Part shown: one piece after another, positions 52,901 through 63,000 of the stretch
How the letters are laid out: each line of letters begins with the position of its first letter
How positions within the stretch are numbered: the stretch's first letter is position 1
Origin: Thermoplasmatota archaeon
GTDB taxonomy: Archaea; Thermoplasmatota; Penumbrarchaeia; Penumbrarchaeales; Penumbrarchaeaceae
Length of the DNA: 64,000 nt
NCBI GenBank assembly: GCA_029762535.1
Contig: JARVGK010000009.1
Location: 1-64,000 of the forward strand
Reading direction: 5' to 3'
Made by a program: the position numbers and the translations under genes
The notes under the pieces: generated by a model
Database searches by the model: none
The model's input: only the letters and a program-made list of their open reading frames with translations
What the model was told of the DNA's origin: nothing

Positions 52901-54259
52901 GTGGTCGGTTTCGGACCCCTGTCCGATTTCGCGACCTGCGAGCCAATGGGCCGCCCCTCGTCCCCCCGCAGCGTGATACTGGAAGTCCATCCCGGTTCCA
53001 TAACCCTGTCGTGGTTTCCGCCGTCGGACAATGGCGGGTCAGATATAGAGGAATATCTCATTTATCGCTCCATGGACGGATCGGAATGGACGATGATCAT
53101 GTCAGTTCCTTTCACGGACCTCTCATATACTGATAAATGCCTGATCAACGGAAAGACCTATCATTACACTATCACCGTAAAGAACCATTTTCAGGAATCC
53201 GAACCCTCGATCGCTCTGAACGGTACGCCGTTGGACGTTCCCGGGATGCCACCGATGCTGACCCTGACCGCTGGTGACGGTTACGTTCTCCTCAATTGGG
53301 AGACATCAACGATCGATGGCGGAACCCCTATCCTTGGCTTCTGGATACTCCGGGGAAAGAACGAGTCCTCGATGGTATCCATGATCGAGGTCGGAGCCAA
53401 CGTCCTCATGTTCAACGATACGACCGTTGAGAACGGAAAGGAATATCTCTATCAGGTCAAGGCGTTCAATGCGTTCGGGATGGGACGTGGAACCGGGTTC
53501 ATCTCCGCGATTCCTGCAGGCCTTCCGTCACCTCCCGTAATAGTCGTAGTTACATCGGGCGACAGGTTTGTGGAGATAGAATGGTCGGAGCCCCTTGTGA
53601 ACGGCGGCTTTCCGATCAATACGGTTAGAATCTACAAATGGACGGAGAACTCCTCCGCATCAGTGATCCTCAGGACAGATGATGTACAGGGATCGTTCAA
53701 AGACATATCAGTTGAGAACGGGATCACATACATGTATGCTATGAGTTGCGAAAATGATATCGGAGAGGGGTCCAGATCCTGTGTGTTAAATGCAACTCCA
53801 TTAGGACAACCCTCGGCACCGACGAGATTGTCGATCAACCCCCTATCCCCGACCTCGGTTGAGATAAGCTGGGGATCTCCCCAGGACACCGGAGGATCGC
53901 CGATCGTGAGCTATCACATCTACAGGTCGGAGGATTCCGAATCCTGGCGTAAGATCGCTTTTATAAGCGGTGACGAGCTGAATTACACGGATCCCAACCT
54001 GGACTCTGGCAGGGTTTATTGGTACAGGGTTTCGGCCGAGAACGCTCAGGGAGAAGGTCCGCATGGGGAAGAGATATCCATCGAGTTGAAGGAGAGTGGC
54101 GGGTTCTCGGGCATGTATCTCCTGATTGCCGGGGCGGTGCTGTTCCTGATCATTCTCGGGTCCGCGCTGGGGTTGGCCATATTACGAAGGAAAAAAGGAT
54201 CCTTTGAAAGTCCTGCCCCGGGAGAAGTGGAGGCATCACCATGCGATATGGATACTTGA
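49916..54259 (+). CDS. giant surface protein: N-terminal domain, SBBP-type beta-propeller repeats, about 7 fibronectin type III repeats, TM anchor
   Basis: FIENGGQW, YSTYLGG..D repeats with G.T.S.DFP, W.PP.D.GG.PI..Y...Y.D..V.NG..Y.Y repeats, C-terminal TM helix plus RRKK. Confidence 0.88.
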   Translation: MGQARSLHVGIVLLLVMNMPVFGSGDPDPEITREIPLPIPGDISSALHSLASDPFIENGGQWDPEILFVTSTDVGKVALCRGGIIQRVMIQERSRPSPQLDRPRSTVADSCDIGIMFEGGSPSFVVGEGRVDTIYNYYLGNDSSRWATDLNGYRSVLYAEVWPGIDIVYHQRGGRLKYDIILSPGADPDEVKLKIDGARSVHISEGSLVISTPIGVDLIDSEPIANYDSGESVGVALSLDENVYSFNLAPYDYSRSVVIDPEYNVNALNFSTYIGGRQDDQPTRMDTDRSGDIYIVGDTGSQDFPLKYAYQNSLFGIDAFILKLDKDGPGIKYSTFIGGSSYDIATDIKIDSSGCAFITGKTGSKDFPVTAGAYDNTLDYYDLFILKLNNIGNGLLYSTYLGGSGVEGYGARPILYLDEGDRIYIASNTNSDNFPVTSDAFQASLSSPLQHDMIIVKMDLSSMTLLYSTYLGGTDMDYPSSIVVANGYAYIGGTTYSNDFNVTSGAYLTSNSGGSTGFILKFDMKQRSLVYCTYFGGSGDDKLNDIAVDVQGNVYACGNTGSIDLPVPFTALGTTLNGTSDGFVMCLDPKGSALLFSSFIGGSGEEVLNALFVDPDSNIHLIGYEKDPDEDGFDFPTMAGVVQEQARGGEEEVVYVKLDSNASHYLYSTFLGGNGDDKGLDIFVDPSSGEPVILGYTSSSNFPVKPGSFDTSYTFYEIFVTKFVLTFPPSKPRNLESRSGDSFVELRWDPPSDDGGAPIIKYSVWRGSQGGNLSMRLDNVTCLTYNDTSVENGHVYYYGVRALNRAWEGPFSDEVSSYPVSIPTSPRNLRVTSWGDEVLELSWMYPNYTGGEGIPIRGYNLYRIAAGEPEPLKISIDGSLLHYSDENVMNGVNYSYRATAFNDHGESPPSDPVHAVPMTIPTGVTDPYVLCGSRFAHLFWGPPDDDGGSPILDYMILREEGLDKKLITLDGNHTEYNDTSLVNGKSYNYTIKARNVVGFGPLSDFATCEPMGRPSSPRSVILEVHPGSITLSWFPPSDNGGSDIEEYLIYRSMDGSEWTMIMSVPFTDLSYTDKCLINGKTYHYTITVKNHFQESEPSIALNGTPLDVPGMPPMLTLTAGDGYVLLNWETSTIDGGTPILGFWILRGKNESSMVSMIEVGANVLMFNDTTVENGKEYLYQVKAFNAFGMGRGTGFISAIPAGLPSPPVIVVVTSGDRFVEIEWSEPLVNGGFPINTVRIYKWTENSSASVILRTDDVQGSFKDISVENGITYMYAMSCENDIGEGSRSCVLNATPLGQPSAPTRLSINPLSPTSVEISWGSPQDTGGSPIVSYHIYRSEDSESWRKIAFISGDELNYTDPNLDSGRVYWYRVSAENAQGEGPHGEEISIELKESGGFSGMYLLIAGAVLFLIILGSALGLAILRRKKGSFESPAPGEVEASPCDMDT

Positions 54260-54297
54260 ATGAGGTGCCCTGTGCAGAGGGCATCCTTGACCTATGG

Positions 54298-54517
54298 TCC
54301 TTTTCCTTGTTTCGTTCTCTTAGCAGACGCCCCTTCATCCCAAGGAGCCGGTGATATGTCGCATCCCGATCTCGACGATAGAGTGAGGGAGCTGGTGAGA
54401 TCCCCTTAGGAGGGGGATCCCCGCGCCGGATCCGAATGAGATTCCTTGACCACGGCAACGATCCCTTCGGGATCCGTGTTGTTTCAACAGTTGTTGAAAA
54501 TGCTTCCTATTATTAAA
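54298..54517. repeat. mosaic of fragments duplicated from the 47.0-49.1 kb region
   Basis: 54298-54357 matches 47328-47388; 54358-54440 matches 46992-47074; 54460-54502 matches 49029-49071; 54501-54517 equals 48955-48971. Confidence 0.85.
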
Positions 54518-54624
54518 TCTTACAATAACATGTCGTTTCATACGATCCAAAGTATATCATTGATCCTTCACACTCCAATCAGTAAAGGATCGCTCCTAAT
54601 AGCCAGCTATAATGGGATCCCCCA

Positions 54625-55065
54625 TCATTTCTTTATTGATGCGGCCGTCATCAAATGCTCGATCCTTTCTATGAACGAACTGGCCCTCTCCAAGGCATCC
54701 GATGATTCTTCATCATCGGTCCCGAGGGATTCTACACCGTAGAACCATTGATGTCTCTCAAGACGATACGTATCCAGCCACGATATCATATCCAGTCCCA
54801 GATCATCTTTATGTTTTTCCATGAGATAGAGAACTACACAATAATGATTCTTTTCGACGACCCCCTCACTGAAAAGAAGCGATCTTGCCGCTTGGAACAT
54901 AGCTGCATATGATGCGACCACGGATTCGTCGAAGAACCCGCTCTCATTGAGGTCAGCGGCCCTCTGTATTTTCTGGTTTGCCATCTCCATCGATCTTTCC
55001 GACATGGATATGTTGGGATCGACCTTTCTCAACATACGACCCTTGAAACAATCCTCCAACCTCAT
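54625..55065 (-). CDS. HEPN domain protein (toxin of a HEPN/MNT pair)
   Basis: YAAMFQAARSLL...G..KNH, R-x4-Y (RHQWFY), A..FIERI. Confidence 0.85.
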   Translation of the reverse strand: MRLEDCFKGRMLRKVDPNISMSERSMEMANQKIQRAADLNESGFFDESVVASYAAMFQAARSLLFSEGVVEKNHYCVVLYLMEKHKDDLGLDMISWLDTYRLERHQWFYGVESLGTDDEESSDALERASSFIERIEHLMTAASIKK

Positions 55066-55619
55066 AATGCAACCAACCTTTTACCATGGAGCGTGATCCC
55101 ATCCGAAATGACCTCAAGGTAGAAAGCCCTGTTCGTCATTGATTGCTTCTCCCATTCGTCAGGCCTCATCTGAACGATCGAGATCTCCGGTTCGTGGATC
55201 CCTAACGTATCGCGGGCGATCCTCTTCCTTGTCGATGAGATCACAAGCAGATCGATATCGCTTTTCCGATCGTTCTTGCCCGAGGCATAGCTGCCGTAAA
55301 GGACGATAGATATGATCCCTTCGTTCTCTTGGATCAACCTCTGAACGATCCCTCTCTCCTTTACCTTGGCGAGGTTGTATGATATCTTAAGGTACCTCAA
55401 CGTCATGTCATCCAAGTTGGCCCTGAAAAGAGTATGGTTCTTTTCAGCGTACTTGACCACAAGATCGTCCTTTACCAGTATATCGAGGCATCGCTTCACC
55501 GTCATGGGACTCATCTCAAGATTTCTGGCGATCTCCCTGAGGTAGAACCCCTCATAAGGATCTTCGATCAGCCGTGATAGGACCTTGATAGTGTTTATAT
55601 TTTGATACAGTTGTATCAT
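55062..55619 (-). CDS. HTH-fused minimal nucleotidyltransferase (MNT antitoxin)
   Basis: YLREIARNLEMSPMTV HTH; LYGSYASG...SDIDLL; ATGA-coupled to HEPN. Confidence 0.88.
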   Translation of the reverse strand: MIQLYQNINTIKVLSRLIEDPYEGFYLREIARNLEMSPMTVKRCLDILVKDDLVVKYAEKNHTLFRANLDDMTLRYLKISYNLAKVKERGIVQRLIQENEGIISIVLYGSYASGKNDRKSDIDLLVISSTRKRIARDTLGIHEPEISIVQMRPDEWEKQSMTNRAFYLEVISDGITLHGKRLVAL

Positions 55620-55680
55620 AATATGGACATATATGATATGAATAAATATAGTTTTCGTTACCATACTTTCATAAGATCGA

Positions 55681-55720
55681 AGGAGGGGGATCCCCGCGCC
55701 GGATCCGAATGAGATCCCGG
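55681..55720. repeat. junction motif AGGAGGGGGATCCCCGCGCCGGATCCGAATGAGAT(CCCGG)
   Basis: 35 bp identical to 54408-54442; near-identical to 47042-47074; its 3' part matches 48995-49016. Confidence 0.9.
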
Positions 55721-55800
55721 TAGTTACACGATCATATCCGCCATATGTTTGTTAAAAGAACGGGTTAATGTAATATACCGGCCTTCTTCTTTGTATCGAT

Positions 55801-58800
55801 ATGAGGTGTGTGGTCTCGATCAGCATCGCATTGATCATGCTCCTCCTTGTCATGAACATACCTGTGTTCGGATCGGGGGATCCCGATACAGAGATCACCC
55901 AGGATATTCCCCTCCCGATCCCCGGGGATGTCCTGTCCATTGTCAGCTCCCTTGCATCTGGACCTTTCATAGAGAACAGAGGCCAATGGGATCCCTCGAT
56001 ATTATACATGATCTCCAACGAGTACGGGAAGATGGCCCTTGCCAAAGACGGGATCTACCACTGGGTCCACAAATTCGAAAGAAGGGAAACCGATCCCATT
56101 GAGGATGCCCCAGAGTTCGAAATGATCGACTCTTGTCTTATCAAAGCCCTCTTCGAGGGCGGATCCCCTTCCTCCGTCCAGGGAGAGGATCCCGTCCAGA
56201 CGAGTTACAACTTCTTCCTTGGCAACGACAGCTCAAGGTGGGCGTCGGATGTCAGAGGGTATGGATCCGTCCTCTACGAAGACGTTTGGGACGGGATCGA
56301 CATCCATTACTATCAGAAAGAGGGCAGGGTCAAGTATGATCTCCTCCTCTCCCCCGGGGCAGATCCAGATCTGATAAGGATGAGGATCGAGGGGGCGGGA
56401 TCCATACGAAATGATGGTGGCGACCTGATCATATCCACGCCGATAGGAGTGGATCTCCTCGATTCGGGGCTGGTCTCTTATTATACGACGGGGGAGCATA
56501 TTCCATCCTCATTTCTACTCGAGGGGAACATATACGGCTTTGACATCGGACCGTATGATAGGACGAGATCGATCGTGATCGATCCTCTGGTCGCATCCAC
56601 TTATGCGGGTGGAACGGACCGAGATATCGCTAAGAAGGTGATGAGTGATGATGATGGTAATTGGATAGTTGCTGGAGAAACATTTTCAACCGATCTTCCG
56701 GTAACGACGGGTGTGATCCAGTCCATTCATTCCGGAAAAAGAGATTGTGCGATCCTCAAATTCGATCATAGGATGAAGAATTTGATATTCGCTACATATT
56801 ATGGTGGTTCTGATAATGAATTTTTAAATGACATGTCTTTGATCGGAAATGATATAATTATTGGAGGGTACTCAAATTCTTATGATCTTCCTATTACAAA
56901 CGGTTCTTTATATGAGAGTTATAATGGTAATTGGGACGGTTTTCTCGCCAGAATAGATAGTAAAGGATCCAACTTGACGTTCTCAACATATATCGGGGGT
57001 CCAGAATTTGATTCTGTTGAATCTATTAAAGTGAATAATAATAACATGGATATATACATTACCGGAAGAATTAGTTCAAATAATTACCCCATCACGAATA
57101 ATTCAATGTACAAAGAGAATCTATACTATGGTTTCTTATCGATATTATCATCGGATTGTTCGGAATTTATTTATTCTACATATTTTTCTGCTGGATCTTT
57201 TATTGAATTAATGGATAATGGGTATGTGGTCATTGCTGTTTCAAATTCTATACGTGATTATCCTACCACTCCTGGATCATATGATACTACCCATAATGGT
57301 AATGTTGATATTTATATCGCTTGTTTTGATATACAAAATAATTCTTATATATTCGCTACATATATCGGTGGAGTTGAAAATGATATTGTAGTTTCTATGA
57401 ATATTGATATGAACAATAACATATACATAACAGGTACTACATATTCGAATAATTTTCCCGTTACCTCTGACGCATACAGCAGGAAGAAGGATGATACATT
57501 CGTATCCGTACTGAGTTCTGACGGAAAATATCTGCTGCATTCCACGTTCATCGGCGGCAGCGATATAGAGGTCGTCTCTTCGATAGCTTTGGACGGCCAG
57601 GGTTATCCGTTCATAACCGGCTATACCAGGTCCGGGGACTATCCCACGACATGGGGATCCTATGATAGATCCTACAATCAGGGCATTGATTCTTTCATCA
57701 CATCATTTGACAGGAACCTTTCATACCTGCGCTATTCCACATATTTCGGGGGATCGAGCAACGATTATGCATTAGATATCTATATGGACGAACTCGATCA
57801 GGCCGTGATAGCGGGCGAGACCTATTCCTCCGATCTACCAACGGTCTGGGGCTGTTACGATGTGACCTGGAACGGTCATTACGACATGTTCATATCAGTT
57901 ATCAACATCTCGACTCCACCATCCGAGCCCCTATCCTTATCCGGGGACATATCTGACGGATGCATATCCTTGGAATGGGATCCCCCGCTGTCGAATGGCG
58001 GCGCCAACATCACCGGGTACAATATCTATCGTGGTCGTACCGCGGACAACATGTCCTCGGTAGCAAGGGGGGTCCAAACCCTATCATACGATGACAGGAC
58101 CATCGTCAACGGCCGGTCTTATGTTTATCATGTCACGGCCGTGAACGCGGCAGGCGAATCAAACGCCAGCGATAACGTCACGGTGTTCGATGACATGGTT
58201 CCGATCTTCCTGTCCGATCTGACGCCTGAGTCCGTGAACAATGGAGATATGCTCTTTTTCTCCGTGATCGTATCCGACAACGTCCTTGTCACAGAGGTGT
58301 CCCTATCATTTCGGATCGATGATGGGGATTCTGATAAAGTGGATATGGTTCGGGACGGAATATTCTGGAACCATTCGACGACTGTCCCGAACGAGCATAT
58401 CCGCTTTGTTCATTATCGATTCACCGCAGCGGATCCCTCCGGCAATTCCAATTCCACGAAAGAGAAAAGTATACTGATCATCGACTCGGAACCGCCCTTG
58501 CTCCATTCTTTCAATGTCCCCTCTGTCGTCAAGCCCGAGAGGACCGTGTCCCTGGATCTGGCAACGAGCGACAACGTGGGCGTGTTGAGCGCCGAGGTCG
58601 AGCACTGGTACGATGATGTATCCCCGGTGATCTGCCCCCTGGTCCGTAAGGACGGAATGAAATGGGGCTTGAACCTGAGCGCCCCCCCCGTCCAGACAGT
58701 TTGGAGGATCGTCTTTCACTCACATGACGGCACGAACCGTGCCTCATCGGACCTCTTCAACGTCTCCGTTATCGATTCGGATCCGCCAACGTTCCTGGAC

Positions 58801-60051
58801 GATCTCACCCCCTCCGAGATCGAATGCGGCGCATACCTCGAGTTCAAGGCCGTTGTCCTGGACGACGTATCCGTCGGATCCGTTCTTGTGAATTTCAGTC
58901 ACGACGGGAAATTCTGGCAGATCCGTGAGATGGAGCATCTCGGCTCAGACGTCTATTCGTTCTCCATATATGTTAATCCGTCCTTGGAGAGCATACTCTA
59001 CAGTCTTGAGAGTTCGGACATATACGGAAATTCGGATGCTTCCGATGTGAGGACGGTAAATGTGATCGACATCCTCCCTCCGTTCTTTATCGATGACGTA
59101 TCCGACCGTGTTGCGACGACGGGTGACGAATGCCTTCTATCGGTCCGCGCCGTGGACAACATGGGTATATCCAAGCTCAGTGTGTTCTACTGGTATTCTT
59201 TCTCCGAAGTCTTCAGGAAGGACATCACCTCAAGCTTGGTCGATGACCGTTATTCTATGAATATCCGGATCCCGTCAGATTCCGATCGCCCCCTCAACTA
59301 CTACTTCGAGGCAGTTGACCTATCCGGGAACGTCAACAGGACCCCGGATCGGGTCGTCCCGGTCCTGGACGACGATCCCCCTACCATATTCGACCTGAAA
59401 TTCAACGAGACCGCCGGAACGGGCGAATCGTACATGATAACTGCATCTTTCCGGGATAATATAAGGATCGATAGTTATTCTCTTTCAGCATCGATGGGAG
59501 GATCTCCTCTTTCGAACAGGAGCATATCCGGCATGCCGGGTGAGGTCCTCTTCCTTGTGGACATTCCCGTGTACGAAGTGGGCAATCTCACGCTCTTGAT
59601 CGATGTCAGTGACAGGGCCGGTAATGTGAATTCCACCGGTATCATATCTATCCCCGTTCTTGACACGATCCCTCCCCGGATCCCTCTTATGAATTCTTTT
59701 AAGATCAGAAGCGGCGAGACCTTCGAAATATTCGTCAATGCCACAGATAATATCGGGATCGCGAGGATCGAGTGGCAGGGTCTTCCCGAGGAATTCGAGG
59801 GGGATCGCTATCGCGGATCCATAAGTAAGCCTGGATACTACGGTATAATGGTAACCGCTTATGATGAGGCGGGCAATACCGATCTGGTCATTTTCACGAT
59901 AAGGGTCGTCGATGAGGATGTTAATATCAGATTAATCATAATCGGGTTCTCAGCATTCATAGTACTTTCGATCCTAATATATCTCTTCTTTTTCTTCAAA
60001 TTCAGTAAAAGACCGGATAGAAAGAATGATGAGGCCCCTCCTTCTGAGTGA
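55801..60051 (+). CDS. giant surface protein (paralog of 49916-54259): SBBP repeats, one Fn3, Ig-like repeats, TM anchor
   Basis: Near-identical N-terminus LLLVMN.PVFGSGDPD.EIT..IPLPIPGD; STY.GG repeats; D..PP..D / A.D.SGN Ig-like repeats. Confidence 0.88.
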   Translation: MRCVVSISIALIMLLLVMNIPVFGSGDPDTEITQDIPLPIPGDVLSIVSSLASGPFIENRGQWDPSILYMISNEYGKMALAKDGIYHWVHKFERRETDPIEDAPEFEMIDSCLIKALFEGGSPSSVQGEDPVQTSYNFFLGNDSSRWASDVRGYGSVLYEDVWDGIDIHYYQKEGRVKYDLLLSPGADPDLIRMRIEGAGSIRNDGGDLIISTPIGVDLLDSGLVSYYTTGEHIPSSFLLEGNIYGFDIGPYDRTRSIVIDPLVASTYAGGTDRDIAKKVMSDDDGNWIVAGETFSTDLPVTTGVIQSIHSGKRDCAILKFDHRMKNLIFATYYGGSDNEFLNDMSLIGNDIIIGGYSNSYDLPITNGSLYESYNGNWDGFLARIDSKGSNLTFSTYIGGPEFDSVESIKVNNNNMDIYITGRISSNNYPITNNSMYKENLYYGFLSILSSDCSEFIYSTYFSAGSFIELMDNGYVVIAVSNSIRDYPTTPGSYDTTHNGNVDIYIACFDIQNNSYIFATYIGGVENDIVVSMNIDMNNNIYITGTTYSNNFPVTSDAYSRKKDDTFVSVLSSDGKYLLHSTFIGGSDIEVVSSIALDGQGYPFITGYTRSGDYPTTWGSYDRSYNQGIDSFITSFDRNLSYLRYSTYFGGSSNDYALDIYMDELDQAVIAGETYSSDLPTVWGCYDVTWNGHYDMFISVINISTPPSEPLSLSGDISDGCISLEWDPPLSNGGANITGYNIYRGRTADNMSSVARGVQTLSYDDRTIVNGRSYVYHVTAVNAAGESNASDNVTVFDDMVPIFLSDLTPESVNNGDMLFFSVIVSDNVLVTEVSLSFRIDDGDSDKVDMVRDGIFWNHSTTVPNEHIRFVHYRFTAADPSGNSNSTKEKSILIIDSEPPLLHSFNVPSVVKPERTVSLDLATSDNVGVLSAEVEHWYDDVSPVICPLVRKDGMKWGLNLSAPPVQTVWRIVFHSHDGTNRASSDLFNVSVIDSDPPTFLDDLTPSEIECGAYLEFKAVVLDDVSVGSVLVNFSHDGKFWQIREMEHLGSDVYSFSIYVNPSLESILYSLESSDIYGNSDASDVRTVNVIDILPPFFIDDVSDRVATTGDECLLSVRAVDNMGISKLSVFYWYSFSEVFRKDITSSLVDDRYSMNIRIPSDSDRPLNYYFEAVDLSGNVNRTPDRVVPVLDDDPPTIFDLKFNETAGTGESYMITASFRDNIRIDSYSLSASMGGSPLSNRSISGMPGEVLFLVDIPVYEVGNLTLLIDVSDRAGNVNSTGIISIPVLDTIPPRIPLMNSFKIRSGETFEIFVNATDNIGIARIEWQGLPEEFEGDRYRGSISKPGYYGIMVTAYDEAGNTDLVIFTIRVVDEDVNIRLIIIGFSAFIVLSILIYLFFFFKFSKRPDRKNDEAPPSE

Positions 60052-60057
60052 ATCGTT

Positions 60058-63000
60058 TCATAAATACAATTGACGCGCTGGTCCATTATCGATATAAATT
60101 ATCGGTGCGGTTTTCCATTCATCAATAGGGGATGGCCATTTCTTGTTCCAAGGACATACAAACATATCAGAATCTTTATTTGCCAAGCATGCACTGGTAA
60201 AATAAGCGGCTTCATTGAATGATATAATATAATCTATCAGGTATTGATCCCATATAATATCCCTATTATTATTTACTGAACTCACACCATCAGCATTTAA
60301 AACATCTCTGCCCCATGGATCTTCCTGTGTTAGGTGATTCCCTCGGTCCTCCCCAAATAATTCATTTTCTATATAATAATTAGCTTCATTTTCTCCTTTA
60401 ATTCTACTATAGAACATTACATTGTATCTGTATGATGTATCTGTTTCTCTCGATGAAGTCATAATGATCGATGATATTTCTTTTAGGTCATTAACAAAAC
60501 CACCTGAATAGCAGAAATCTAAAAGGAGTATCGATTCTTTATATGAAATATTTTCCAATTCTTCTTTCAAATCTGTATCCCACCAAATGTATTTAAAGAT
60601 TTGAAATCTTCCTCCGACAATACTATCATAATCCAAATCATCAGATAATCCCACATAATCAAATTTCCTGAATGGATCATCTTCAACAAATTCATGCGTT
60701 GCAAAACCTTCGTCAATATCAATATAATCATCAAGATCCTCTATGTATGCTAAACTGAACTCTCCTTGTCGATCCCCTTCTGCATGTATATCGTCTTGAT
60801 TCAAATCAACTCCAGTCAAATGTAATATCCTTGATGTTGAATTGTAATCATAACAATAATGCATAGTATTATTCTCATCGATCCATGCTGCTTTAACTTG
60901 CGCATCCCATTGATCATTACCCATTGGATTATATCCGTTTGTGTGATTTACTTCTCTAAATGTTCCGTTAATATATAATCTCCACCACCATTCATTTAGA
61001 TTTTGTACTAAATATATTTCTTCCATAATACTGTCATGGTTTATGTCGAATAACCAACAAAAATTTGGATCACCTTTAATATCAGGAAATTCTATAGGAT
61101 CGTTATTAAGAGGTATACCTGGACCTACTTGTTCTTGTAATGTCGTCCTCATAAAATAATATAATTCAATGGCAAATTCCTGTTCACTAATATCAGCAAA
61201 ATCTTCATGTTCATCATAATGATTTTCATCACCATTTAAGACGGTCCTACATCTACCATTTCTCCATCCAAAATCCCATTCTTCCGAATTTTTATCCCAA
61301 ATCGAATTATCATTTACATCTCCGTTATATCTAGGATCATCTTTGTAACCAACACCATGATTCCTTAATTCTATAAATATAATGTCATTCTCATCCAATT
61401 TTGGTACTATGTGATACTCGTCTATTCGTTCATTTATTTCGACTCCTCCTTCGTGATATGTAGTTTTTTGATGATATATACATGCGGGACCTCCATATTC
61501 CAATGCATCCAAAATATTTTTTAAACAGCCTTTATATGGACAACCATCCAACCAATAAGCTGTATCAGAACCACTATTTTTATATTTGTTATCATCTGTA
61601 TCATAAATCCACTCACCCTGAAATTCTTCAGGTGTTAGGTCAAAATAAAAGGACATGAATAAAACATCTTCGTCTTTCCAACCATTTGAAGATAAATAAT
61701 GTCTCATCATGGTAATATCATAAGTAAATTGAATTTCTTTAGGATGAAATATAGGTGCCATTAAAATCGCAATTCTAGAATTATGAATCATTGAATTATA
61801 TTGGATCGAATTATATGATCTTGATATTTCATAACAATCAGATATTCCGTCAGAATCTCTATCCTCTCTGAAATTCTTATAACCAGATGTTATAATAACT
61901 TCATCCATAAACCCATGAAAAAATGGTGTTTGATAAATATCCCCCCATATATTATCAGGACATCCTCCAATGTAATATTTATTTATTTCAGTTTGTACTA
62001 AATTTTCTTCAAAAATAATAGGATCATTACCTGAATAATAACAAAAATGTTTTGAATCCCAAAAACCGTTAATATACATATTTATAGTATCGTATAAATA
62101 ATGTGGTGAATTTTTTCCTTCTATTGAATATGCAACATGAGTCCAATCATAATTTTTTGATAAAAAGCCTTTTGAATAAATAATACTTTCTGTTGAAGTT
62201 TGAATATATAACCTATATCTGTTACCCATCTGTTCATATTTTAAACCAAATACAACAGGATAATTTTGATAATTCTCTGATGAATAAGGACAGACAGATA
62301 TAATTTGATCATCGTTGGTATCTATTATTTTTATCCATGCTTCAAATGTATGAACCCTAGGAATAAACACGTTGCCTACAAGATAATCGTTATTAGAATT
62401 AAAAAACACACATTTCCCGTATTTACCATTATTATTAATTGTTGGTCCTTCTCCTATCATGCCGATTTCACAATCTTCGCTAAAATATGAACTATCGATT
62501 GTAATTGATCCATCGTCAAATGTGAAGTGTTGTTTTATTATATTAACTTTCAAGGCATAATTATATATTTCAAAGTTATCTAACATTCCATGATAACCAT
62601 ATTCATTACCTCTACTACCAATAAAAATATCTTCTTCAGCAGGATATAGATTGATCACACCAAGATCCTTGCTTTTATCCAATTGACCATTTATGTATAT
62701 ATAACCCATCTGATCTTTTAATATGAACTGAATTTTATACCATTTCTCCATGGTTAAAGTACTATTTGAGGTTATTGATATTATCTTTCCATAATCGATA
62801 TTACCAATATCTTTTACAACATCGATCTTTAATTTATTATTGTTTGTGATCATTGCTTGAAATTGGCCTGCTCGATATTGTGGATCAATATATAATTGAT
62901 CATTAATATTAGAGAAAATAATTCTATCATTAGAAAACGGTTTTATATCAAATTTCATTGTCATTTCAGATTTAATATTGAAGCTATTATTATATGGTAT

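Noticed and set aside
47042-55720. Classical integron attC array or diversity-generating retroelement
   Set aside because: The repeats lack RYYYAAC/GTTRRRY ends. No IntI or reverse transcriptase is in the window, and repeat mismatches are not adenine-specific.
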